Shown one piece after another: positions 24,262 through 36,252 of a stretch of DNA of 64,000 nucleotides. The notes under the pieces are model-generated. The model was not told where the DNA came from, searched no databases, and was given only the letters and a program-made list of their open reading frames with translations. The stretch comes from Pecten maximus. Lineage: Eukaryota. The stretch's first letter is position 1. Each line of letters starts with the position of its first letter. Location: positions 22,134,001-22,198,000 of the forward strand of contig NC_047029.1 of assembly GCF_902652985.1 (NCBI RefSeq), read 5' to 3'. The translations under genes and the position numbers were made by a program.

Positions 24262-24950
24262 ATTCTTACATGATACAGAGTAGCAGCTCTGGCTTTCCAT
24301 CGTGGAATTTCGGATATACTGTTAAATACTTACATGGTACCGATTAGCAGTTCAGGCTTCCATCATGAGGGTTCGGATATACTGTTAAGTACTTACATGA
24401 TGCGGAATAGCAGTTCAGGCTTCCATCATGAGGGTTCGGATATACTGATAAGTACTTACATGATGCCGATTAGCAGTTCAGGCTTCCATCATGAGGGTTC
24501 GGATATACTGTTAAGTACTTACATGATACCGATTAGCAGTTCGGGCTTCCATCATGAGGGTTCGGATATACTGTTAAGTACTTACATGATACCGATTAGC
24601 AGTTCAGGCTTCCATCATGAGGGTTCGGATATACTGTTAAATACTTACATGGTACCGATTAGCAGTTCAGGCTTCCATCATGAGGGTTCGGATATACTGT
24701 TAAGTACTTACATGATGCGGAATAGCAGTTCAGGCTTCCATCATGAGGGTTCGGATATACTGTTAAGTACTTACATGATACCGATTAGCAGTTCAGGCTT
24801 CCATCATTAGGGTTCGGATATACTGTTAAGTACTTACATGCTACCGATTAGCAGTTCAGGCTTCCATCATTAGGGTTCGGATATACTGTTAAGTACTTAC
24901 ATGATGCGGAATAGCAGCTCTGGCTTTCCATGGTAAGGTTTCGGATATAA
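24262..24950. repeat. 63-bp minisatellite overlapping the exon-2 donor
   Basis: cttaca motif every ~63 bp from 24265 to 24896 (11 copies). Confidence 0.95.
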
Positions 24951-25049
24951 CGGCTGTAGTTCTGAGGCCTGTCCATCATGCTGCTGTCTATGGTAGGGAG
25001 AGTATTCCAGCCCATCTCTCTCATGAAGTTCTGTCTGATCATACGTAAC
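24901..25049 (-). CDS. TGF-beta prodomain-only gene, exon 2 (alpha1/latency-lasso-like region)
   Basis: ttccag| acceptor, |gtaagt donor, 149 nt. Reads (M)LRMIRQNFMREMGWNTLPTIDSSMMDRPQNYSRYIRNLTMESQSCYSAS, resembling the 'I+..IL..LG+...P' prodomain helix. Confidence 0.85.
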
Positions 25050-26829
25050 CTGGAATGAAGATGTCAAATGCTGTTGTTACGACGATGTTTATTTTTTATT
25101 TTAATTAACACCCAGAGAAAGACCGACGGCATATATTGTTCTCTAGAAAGTAGGTAACCGTACAATGATGTTTATAGTACTACCTCACTAGTAAGTATGA
25201 TTTGTAAGAGACGACTCTCTGTGTTTTGTTTTCTTTCAAAACACACCTTCCTCTGCCTTATATCCCATTGGTCACTGCCTTCATTTGAAAGTGTTTGCCT
25301 CAGCGAAGAAGACTTTGGGTTCTGTTTAAGTCTGAGCTATTTCAGATTTTGTAAATTAGTAGCTGCATCTATTTAGCGGGATGAATGATTCTCCCATTGT
25401 CGGTATAATGTGACCGGTGTGGTATCTTGCTTACGGCCTTCAAGAGTATACATCAGTGTTATGCGCTACCACGCGGATGCAAACCCGGACATACCGCAGC
25501 CTCCCAAATCACAGTCATAACATGCATGCAGCTCGCAAACATTAGTGGTCATCCTGAAAGCTGTTGACAATGACATCTTGGAAGCTCACGTTTTAACTGT
25601 AAATGTTATGAAAGGATGTTTGCATTATCACAAATGCTTATATTAAGAGTTTGCTATACAGTTCACCCGACAATAGCACAATAAACGGAAGTAGAAATTC
25701 AAAGAAGGTATCTATTTTAAAATGCAATAAGTTGATATTCAAACTTAGTGTTGCAATTTCGTCAATTCGGCTATTTCAGTATCAGGTAAGGACGAAAGGT
25801 TATAAAATGAACAATATGGAGAAATACAACAAAAACGAGACATTTTCAGCGTTTGGACACTGCTACATGATCTAGCCCATCATTCGATCACCCTGTTTCG
25901 TAAAGTTAGCTATATCAAAATTTATAAATCGACACAGAAAGCAAAACAAGAAATACTGAATTAACAAATAAGACACAAATTTGAACTTCAGGTTTAATCT
26001 GAGAATGTAAAGTAGTGTCGAGGGGAGTTCTGATATAATCTGTACATTACTGATGCTAACTCTAAACAAAGGAAGAAGGCAACATACATGATCATGTGTT
26101 TCGGAAGGATACGCGTCTCGGTTCAGAGAGTTTTAAAAGCGAAAACGTAAATGTTATTATATTAAAGTTGATATGTGGACGTGTTGTTTGATTTTTTGTG
26201 TGTTTTTCTAGCTATTATGTATTAGTATATAGAGGCGTAATCACATATATAGGCGTATAGATATAGGTACAATAAAGATTAAACAAAATATTCATTTATA
26301 TATTTATTTTTCTATACTTATATATTTACATGTACCTACATATTTCTCATACATGTATAATCAGAGTGAGGCTATAGGAGTTTTTTAATGACCTCTATGA
26401 ACTGGACTATAATGCTTACAAACGCCATGTAAGGAAGTTTTCTATATCGACCAGATGGTGCCTAAGGTACACTTAAGGGTTCTACATTGTCCTAAAAATA
26501 GCCAACATATGTTCCGACAAACTACCTAATAAGTTAAACATCACGCGCAAGGCTGGTGTATTGCATTATTAGGCTTCACTGTTGCATGGTTATATTAAAT
26601 CTTAATCAACCTTGAATATCGCGTTATCGTGATACATTCATACGTCATCTAATTGTTATCGTAAATATAATTCGTGTATTAAGGATACATGACCTTCTAT
26701 ATTTCGTTAAGGAAGAGTCCGGGTCAATGTATCAGATTCATCGCCGTGGGCCGCTCCTGGTTTCTATAATATCATGATTCAAATTAAAAATATGGAATCC
26801 GTTTTGTATCTTGAAAGAAATTTGGTATA

Positions 26830-27210
26830 ATTTATATTTGCGTATGGGATCCCAACACCTTAATCACAACATTGACAAACTAGAAATGGTCCAATGCAGG
26901 GCGGCGTGCTATGTGCTTGATTAACACCGGTATAATCATCGCACATCTATTGCGTCCTAAATGTTGGACAAGTTAAAACTGTGTCCCTAGCTGACAGACG
27001 ACGAGATGCTCCTCAGACTATTTTCTACAACACTGTCCACAATAAAGCCACAGTCGTAAATCACCCTTTAAAAACTGCATAACTGCCATCTTTCTTTCAG
27101 AATGAATAATTCTAAAACTAGAACTGCATCTTTCTTTACCAAAACTATGACAAAATAAAATAAGCTCCCACCAGATATTGTCTTGTCGTCCACAAATTCA
27201 TTCAAGTCTA
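26830..27210 (+). mobile_element. Degenerate LINE RT C-terminal fragment
   Basis: WDP....NIDKLEMVQCRAA motif (consensus W.P....I..LE.VQRRA.R). Confidence 0.7.
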
Positions 27211-27656
27211 CCACAATTAATAAAGCATCCATTCAATCAGAATACTTATCCTTTTTCATCTCTCTAATTACATTAGAAAAAAACATATATAATTAAAATT
27301 TGATCCCCCCCCCCTCTCATATTAACTATAGTTGGAATACGGCTTACCTCAAAGCCTCAAAAGAACCAGTAACAACCATAACCACACAGTATCATGTGTT
27401 GATAAATATGATTTCTATAATAGTATTAACCTGGTCGACTTTCTCCAATATTCAGTAGAAGAACAAGGAACAACTCGCGTGTCAACGAAACCATAGCTCA
27501 AAGATCTAGCTCAAAGTAATTAATGTCGGTTAAAAGCTCGGAGGAGATTGATTGTTTTACAAAATAATCCTTACATCTTTATTTTACCATTACTATTTAA
27601 ACAGTCTCTCAATATCGAATTTAAGTATTCATGATTTACAGCAAAGTAAATCAAAC

Positions 27657-28052
27657 AAGAGGCGCCTAAATTTCTAATGTCTTCCTTGACCACATCTCAC
27701 TTTTGGCAATTAGTTGAATGTTCGCCACTGTGAGGAAGGTTTTGCGTTCTGTTGCGTAGTCGAATAATACCAGAGTCTATAAAAATGGTAGCTGCTATTC
27801 CTGCTTAACATTTTAGGAGTGGAACGAACGGTTCGCTCGTTGGCCGGGTTGGATGTCCTGGTCGGTGTCCTCGGCAGTATGATTCTGTGAGGTAGCACTA
27901 TAAAGTCGACATAAGATTCTCGCTATTACAGGGAGACAAACATGAACATATCGCGACTTCCAAAACACACATATATGCATCTCACACATAAGGGGGCCGT
28001 CCTTAATGATCATAGTTGTTGAAAAGATGCTTAATAATAAAAACAAACTAAA
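27657..28052 (+). mobile_element. Diverged copy of the same SINE family
   Basis: cacttttggc..tagttga..gttcgcc head, ataaaaatggtagctgct core, gccgtccttaatga tail. Confidence 0.8.
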
Positions 28053-29344
28053 ACGATTTGACAAATTGTATTTTAGAGAGAAATTGCTTAATTATGTTGC
28101 CACAGTTACAACTGAGCTATCAATAATTAACCTGAACTTAAACATTCAGCTGAACGGGCAGGAGTTCGAAAAAAATGTAGAATTTTTCTTTTAAGCTAGT
28201 CGGGACGAAGTCCAGAGGAGCTATTGGCATACAGATTAGCTATTTCACATGGTCATTCGCTGTGACAAGACCTTTCCTTTAGTACTACATTTGCGGACCT
28301 GCTGATCTTGACCGTGACCTTTGACCTACTTTAACCTTGGCAACAGTATGTGTGACATTGGTACTGCCTTTGCTGACATTAACCGTTACCTTTGACCCAA
28401 TTTTTAAAAACCAATTCTGCATTCGATCCCTCTCGGCGAGCTATGTTTTCTTCTGACATATTTTGTTTGTACTATTACTGTGTGATCTAAGAAGAAAAGT
28501 CTGAAAGATCATTGCGCAAAAAAGGACAAAATATCCGCGTGTGTTCAGTCCGTTACAAAGGTGTAAATGAGTGTGAGGCAGTATATCTAATCTAAGGTCA
28601 AATCAGGGCCCAAGCTGTCAAATCATACACACTCTCCCATGCACCGCATTCTAAGGTCAATGATGTTATTGCAGAGTAATGACCGGCGATCGACCCCACT
28701 TACCAAGCCAAGTACAAGCCATCAGTAATAGGATGTTTGGTTTGGCTTTTCTCCATGGCACTATGGTCAATCTGACATGGCCACTGCCGTAATAACCTCC
28801 AATTAGATATTTGTAATAAGCATAATCTTTCCCGATATCAAATTTTATCATAGGTGATAAATTACGTAATTGTTAACACTTGTTATATATTTAAGGATTT
28901 CCACACTGAAACGAAAAATTAATCAAAATTGATAGTAAATAACAATAATGAATGAAATAAAGATTTACCCAGAAAATAATGAAAACGCACAAGGAGAATC
29001 AGAACGTTCCGACAGGGTAAGCGTCTTCTGCGTCATCGAAGACACCCCCATACAAATTTAGCTCTAATAACAATATAAGGTAAAGCCATGTAAAAAAAAA
29101 AAGGGAGAAAGGAGACCGTAGGAATATAAACCCGTAATGTTGGGGAAGCAGATTCAAGTCTGGGTTTTCTCTCACGTCCGATAAGCAGAACCAAACAAAC
29201 AACAAAACCATCCATTCAGAAAGGGGCCTTCATGATCCAGATACGTCATCATAAACACAATAACAAGTGTGCTGTACATCGTGTCTTTAGTTTTACTATT
29301 AACTTGATTTCTAACTTCAATGAAGGCTAAGTGACACAAAAGGT

Positions 29345-29450
29345 ATGGGGTAACCTGCCCGACCACGTGGGTTTTCTCCGGGCATTCCGGTTTCCTCAAA
29401 CACTAACCCTTCGCGCGCTTCCATAACTTGTTTCGCAAGTGTTGAACAAT
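29345..29450 (+). mobile_element. V-domain-like SINE fragment
   Basis: gggttttctccgggcattccggtttcctc. A reverse-orientation relative lies at 63340-63400. Confidence 0.5.
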
Positions 29451-31949
29451 GAATAAAGTTTACATACCCCTAATCCAATCAGTTCTTGGATAATAGGTTT
29501 CCCGAGTTGTCTCGAGTTATTCTCTTATCAAAGTTCATTTACAGTTTATTTTTGAACATAAGTTTTATCGAAACAATGTTATTTACAATAAAACAAACAA
29601 CCTGAATTTCCTGTGGGCGTTACATATCTTATCAATGTCTATTCCCGCTTTCGATTTCTGGTAAGGAACAGTATTGTCGCATTGCAACTAGGTCAGTAAA
29701 TGGAATGTGATGTATATAAGGTGTTCCATTTAAGGTCATCTTGTGGCATTATCATTATTTCCTAACGTCAACTATTATCAAAGGCCTAATTAGGACGCAA
29801 GTACAAATACCAATTAGTCGCGTGCTATCTGAAGACGTAATATACGGCGCTCACAAATCTGGCTTACATAACAAGTACTCCTCCCATGTCAGCGAGCAGT
29901 GTATTGTAAACTTTAACCACTGAATTTTCATTTGCTGTTTATTTATTAATTATCGTTCACGGCACTTTAATACTTATGTTCCTTTAATATTATTTCAGGG
30001 TTTTTCGTGCTTATTTCATTACGCTAAATTATTAATGCACTGATTGCATATTTTTGTACAAACATGCAATGAAATCGCTGTAAATCTCAACAATGAACAT
30101 TTCTCTAGGGCCAATACAAGGTTAGTTATAGTAATAAAGGGTGTCAATCAAACTGATATCTGGTATATAATTACATAAATGTGTTGATACACTCAATTAT
30201 GTAGAATAAAATGATACATTTTGCTTGGTTTAGTAAAAATTGAACATTACTTAAGACCGACAACTATCAAACACTTCCAAATTGTGTATAGTCTTAACAG
30301 TTTTGAAAAGCAGTTATGTTGTTATATAAATTGTCTCTTTTATGATGCAGATCAGTGCAATCCATTAAGATGTGTTTAACGGTAACGGTTCATTGTCTAT
30401 GATACACTGAGATATGTCCTTATTCTTCCATAACCCTTAAGACGGGTAAGAAAAAACCTCGTCTCGGCGATTGTCTTAAGGAGAGCATTCACCGATAATT
30501 GCTCTGATCGAGGGTAAGCTGTCCACCTATTCACTCGTGCATTTTGCCACTGTAAAGTTAGGTTTAAGATAGGTGAAATGAAGTTTGAAACTAGTGTTAA
30601 AAGCAGTGAAACTGTTATGAAATAATGAGTATAACATATACAATGTATATTAATAATATGTTATTTAAGTGGCAAGACAATCCATGTGTGTATCCTTCAT
30701 GATACAGTTATCTAATGAAATAGTGCATTTGAAACTTGAATTTCTAATGTTTGTATTATTTAAGCAAGCTACCAATATCTATGATTATTAATATTCAAAG
30801 AGCGGTCTCCTCCTTATACGAGCTGCATGCGTTTTTGAGAATTTCTAAAAAGTGTACGATGCGAGGAAAGAGTATCGTGTATATATAGGCGATATGATTG
30901 TTTTGCCACCGCGTGTATAGATTTTCATCGTCTTTGAAACAAAGCACGTGCTATGTACCGTCATTTTATAATTCCTATTAGTGATATAGATATTCATTAG
31001 GTGCCTCTCTTTTGCAATATACACTGATTGTAAAACCATACTCGAGTTACTGAGGAGGGCCTACATCCAACAGGTGTGCATTGCTTGCATTAGGTGTAAT
31101 TGTTGTGTTAATCAGTGCAAAACCTCTTGTTAATAGCAGCTTTCAATACAAATTGAACCTTATCTGAAGTAGAGCCAAATATTAATTAAACTGCGTCATA
31201 CAGCTGTTCCATTATTCTAGGTCTCGTCGTTGATGCTGAGACCATATTACGTCAATACCTAAAATAACTAAGGAAACTCAAAATTTCATGAAAGAAAATC
31301 TAGACCTGAGGTGCAATAACTTTCTATTCATGACGTCAGCAATGTTTTGCATGCATCTAACACACAGGGGACGCCGTCCTTAAATGGCCATAGCTGTTGA
31401 TATGACGCTAAACATTTCAAAACCAAACCAAATTTGTCATATAAGCTGCCTTTAACAGTGATATGTTCATATTTCATATCACTGGAGTGCACGATTTACT
31501 TTTATCCATGAATTCTCGCATATATATCAATCAGTTTATAATGACAAATGACATTATCGTGTTGATATAGTTAGTATTATTTAATATACTGAAATTTCTG
31601 TTCTGTATATCATTCCGGATGTGTACATTTTCGTATCCAGTCCTATGTGTTGTTATATTTCCTAAACAAATTTGACATTTTGACCTGATATATTGTAGTT
31701 GTTGCCCACAGCTGCAGTATGTAAACATCGCGAATAGATAACCCTCAAACAGTACAGTGTGATACCGTAGTGATAAATTAACTACACTACATAAGTATAA
31801 GATATTACTTAAATGGATTTGTTTGATAAATTTACACATGGGAGATGACCCCGTATAATGTACATTTAAACATTTAATTCTCTGGAATTGATAACTGAAA
31901 ATTAATTATATACGATGAATAACTAATAGAACACGCTTGTTGGTGTTTT

Positions 31950-32500
31950 TATTACTTATACATCACAATTTGTTTTTGTGATAAACTGAAACATCAAACT
32001 GGTTACTCTGTTTAACTAATTAATCAGACTTGTTATTGTGTTAACCTGAAACATCACACTTGTTATTGTGTTAACTGAAACATCACACTTGTTATTGTGT
32101 TAACTGAAACATCACACTTGTTATTGTGTTAACTGAAACATCACACTTGTTATTGTGTTAACTGAAACATCACACTTGTTACTCTGTTTAACTAATTAAT
32201 CACACTGGTGATTGCGTTTATTAAATCAGACTTGTTATTGTGTTAAACTGAAACATCACACTTGTTATTGTGTTTTATCAATACATCACTTGCTGTTATG
32301 TTTAACTAATAAATCACACTTGTAATTGTGTTTAACTAATATATAACACTTGTTATTTTGTTTGACTAATATATAACACTTGTTATTATGTTTAACTAAT
32401 ACATCACATTTGTTATTGTGTTTAACCAATAAATCACGCGTGTTTAACTGAAACACCATATACTTCTTATTGTGTTTAACACATCACACATTCGACTAAT
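31950..32500. repeat. ~29-bp minisatellite
   Basis: Unit aactgaaacatcacacttgttattgtgtt, degenerate at the edges. Confidence 0.9.
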
Positions 32501-32827
32501 ACATCATTGATTTCCCAAAGAGCTAACACTGGGCTAAAACACTCCCTACATACTATATATATTATCACTGGGTACTACCTAGTAAATAGCAGTTGAAGCT
32601 TTGATTTGCTCTGGTGTAGTATATATTTTTTCCAATTCATTACTGAGCTGATAATTTATTTACCACAACGATAATTAATTAAGTTGCCATTTACTTCATA
32701 CATTTAATTTACTAGTGAAATGCTTTGTTAATTGATCCATTGATACATTAATTTACAACTGAGCACACTAATTTGACATTGTGTTAATAAGCACTGAAAC
32801 AGTATAATGATAATTGATAATACGAAC

Positions 32828-33009
32828 ATGAATTGACGGCGCTGAGCAAGGTCAATGCGTGGAGAAGTACTGGCAGTAGCTTCAGGTGTTGTAGGCTGGT
32901 CAGTCCCTACCGGTTGTACCATCGGTGTGGTGACAGGGGGGTCACAGTAACACACGAGCACGTGCACACACAGAAGTTGTAAGACGAGCGTGTTACAAAG
33001 TCCAAACAT
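32828..33009 (-). CDS. TGF-beta prodomain-only gene, coding exon 1 (signal peptide + Pro/Thr-rich linker)
   Basis: ATG at 33009. MFGLCNTLVLQLLCVHVLVCYC is signal-peptide-like, followed by DPPVTTP...RIDLAQRRQF. Donor AT|gttcgt is phase 2 and matches the next exon. A candidate acceptor tttcag| at 33038 suggests an upstream 5'UTR exon. Confidence 0.75.
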
Positions 33010-34501
33010 GATTGCTGTGTTCCGACACTTATGAACACTGAAACACTTGCAGTCAGGTTTTAAAAGATGTCGTTCGTTTTGTCTTAATTTCTTTTATGTT
33101 AATCAGTGGAATGCTTGCAACCAATAATATCCTCGCGAAGACACTTGTAATGTTTTTTTGTTTTTGTTTTTACAAAATGATAAAAAAATAAAAAAAAATA
33201 GCTGCCTTTGATTAAATATAAGCACTTTTTCTTCTCCAAGTGTTTTTCTATTTTGTATTCCTCACAAAAAAGAAAGGATGATGCGTTTGTTGTGATTTAA
33301 CTGGCAGTCTTTGTTCACAGAAATAAAAGCACCTCTGCTCTGTGCACTATTTAACGGTACATTGCAAGCTTTCGGCAAGTCCTCGTCTATTAACCTACCT
33401 CAAAGCCCAGGGTGTTTATGAATTAATACTCCTGGGTCAAAGGTCATGTTGTTTCCCGTGGCGCGAACATATTACTATTGGAGGTTGAAAACCCACACTG
33501 ATGTTATGTTTGTAACTACCACCAGTCATGTTCTTGAATACTTAGGAAAATCCCTCCCACGCCGATTCTCGACACCCCTCCACTTGACCAGATTATCCAA
33601 TTTTAGAAAAAGATTAATGTACTTCCCTTTGCATTTTAAATCGTAAAAAAACAAAATTGTTTATATTTGAATCAAATTAAGTGGTCTAGACTTTCAATAT
33701 ATATGTATTGTATAAAAATATCTTTTTGACATTGATGTAGGTTTCTTATCTAATTTGGTAATTAAATTTATTATGGTCGCTTTCGCATACTCAGACATCA
33801 AGATTGTCTGTGGACATTTTGCACTGATAAATAGCAAATCTTAATTGAAGATGGTTATCCGTACCGATAGTGAAAAACCTAGACAAACAATTTCAACTTG
33901 TTAAGATTTCGGCCTTGAAGGAAATTCCCAGACGGTATGATATACATGTTTACGCAACAATGATATGTAGTAGCATCTGATCGCAATTCGTACAAGTCTG
34001 TAATGCTTACACGTATAATGTTTATAATATAGGTAAAGTTTTGATATATATCTAAAGAATTATAGATCAAATATATTGAATATCCATACCATGTTATTGA
34101 TTAAGATAAAAAGATATTGATTATAAAACACATGTTTTACCATATAAACCATGAAAGTTTGAATATACATTAAATGGTATTGTTCAAAATCAACAGATAT
34201 AACATATACATCACAATATTTACCATATATACAATTGGTATTTAATCTACATTACGGATTATTTTCAAAATATTCAAGATATTGGTTATAAATCATAATT
34301 TACAAGATATTGTATAAAAAAAGAAGAGAATACCAACACAATAACAAGGTCGTAATTGTAAACACGAGAGCCTTTAACACGTCTTCGTGTCGCACAAGAA
34401 AATAAGAACTTTTCCAAACAAAATCCTGATGACGACCATAAAACCTTTTCATGACCTTATGAACCTGCAGCTCTCAAAACTTTGTGTTTTTAATTTCTCC
34501 G

Positions 34502-34740
34502 TCAGAAGTTGACATCTGACACGAAATCATGATAAAAAGAACAAGCCTCTGAATATCGAATCAACTGTGGCATGTAAACACCGCAGGTAGGGGAAGCAGG
34601 GGTGTTACTATTCAGAAATGTAAAAGTAACAATTTGGATTTGAAAATGATGTGTCCTTGATTTCAAGTTGTACCGGATATATCCGATCAACATGGTCAAT
34701 GGTTTTGTCAATCAAAGATGATGCATCGTCAACATACACG
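34502..34740 (-). mobile_element. Retroelement (Penelope-like) RT fragment
   Basis: FQIQIVTFTFLNSNTPASPTCGVYMPQLIRYSEAC resembles the recurrent DDFNF.IVNFP...SNIP..PAYGVY.SQLIRY motif. Confidence 0.65.
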
Positions 34741-35740
34741 AGTTTTCGAGTAAGCAACAGCACTTTTAGTATGCATCATAAATTAGAGATAAATCACAAG
34801 TTGTTAAAATGATAAACGTTTATCATTTCATATTATTGATAGTAATAGGGACCACAGAACCAAATCAAATATAGTTTCTGGGTTTTCCCCGTTGGGCAGA
34901 AGATTTAATAGTAAGGTGAATGCATCGGGGCCTATTGATTGGATATTCAGGAGAGAGACGTTTCCAAAGTTTTATTTGTGGGCTGGGCAATCCACGTAGA
35001 TGTACAATTTATAGAAAAAAGTTAATTTTTGTCTAGACTGTTTTTGTCATGGTCAATTAAGAGTGTATTTTGTTGTAAATTCAGGTACATTTTTGGTGTT
35101 GAATTCAATACAAGATGGTGGCCCCCATATAAAAAAAAGTTAAAATTGGTAGAATTTTTAAACATTCTATTTACAGGTTTCCGAGATGACATTCTTCAAA
35201 ATATGGCTAGTGGACCGGTGTTGAAAACTCCATTTAAGCAGGACAGTGGTAAAATATAACATTATCGTCTGTGGGAAATAATTTGGTTCCGTGGCTCCTA
35301 TATGTGGACAATGGCAGATTGTGACTGCAATGTAGAATTGTGGTCAAAGATTACTGACACACTATAATGCACTTTACGATGATCTCCTACCTCATTCGCA
35401 GGAATACGAACGAATTTCTGGTGATTTCTGCTAAAAGACCTCACAGATTATGACTGGATGTTGAGTCACTTCGACGGATTTTCCTGTTTGCTTACTTGTC
35501 CATAACAAGGCATCTTGGAAAAGCGGTGCTTGCAGTAAATGCTCGCGCATGGGTTAATTGTCCAACAAAATCGTGTTATTAACCACAACAATTGGTGTTG
35601 AATTCAGGCGTCAACTTATGAAGAGTGCTAGAACACCGAATCATTATCCAGTAAAAAGTGTCGTTGATATCAACAACTACTAAAAGTAATAAATTAATTA
35701 ATTTTTTAAACAACGAAAAATGGCTTTATATCGAGTTATT

Positions 35741-36252
35741 AACAAGGAGCCGCAAAGCTTGGCTTTATCCCCCGCGCCCCGCAGTTGGTAGGAAAACCCA
35801 AATACATGTATATATCAAGCTCAAAATAAGAGTTATTAAGGAAAAAGTAATTTTGTATTTTTGATTAAGTCTCCATGGTGACAGAAAAAATACCGAAATT
35901 GGAAGGTCCGTAATAGCAAAGGCACAACTAGGGCATTAGTCTGATATACATTTTATACAGAAAGTTTCAAGGAGCCGCGTTGAACGGTTATGGAGTTATA
36001 GCCCGGAAACAAAAGGAAACAGTAATTTGGTATTTTTGACTAAGTTTCCATGGTGACAGAAAAAATACCGAAAATGGAAGGTCCGCAATAGCAAAAGGCA
36101 CAACTAGGGCACTAGTCGGATATATACAGAAAGTTTCAAGGAGCTGCGTTGAACGGTTATGGAGTTATAGCCCGGAAAAGAATCTCGGACGGACGCACGG
36201 ACGGACGGAGCCCAATTAATATCCCCCGCAAACGCGTTTCGCGGGGGATAAC
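35741..36252 (+). mobile_element. Helentron-derived/pearl-like non-autonomous element
   Basis: aacaag start, internal ~180-bp tandem duplication, (ggac)n microsatellite, and 3' palindrome atcccccgc...gcgggggat. Confidence 0.75.

Noticed and set aside
24334-24810. 158-aa plus-strand repetitive ORF
   Set aside because: Antisense read of the 63-bp intronic array.
27349-27414. Possible extra exon (tag|...GAG|gtaagc) in intron 1 of the prodomain gene
   Set aside because: All three frames from the acceptor contain a stop, and exons 1 and 2 join cleanly without it. It could at most be an alternative or poison exon.
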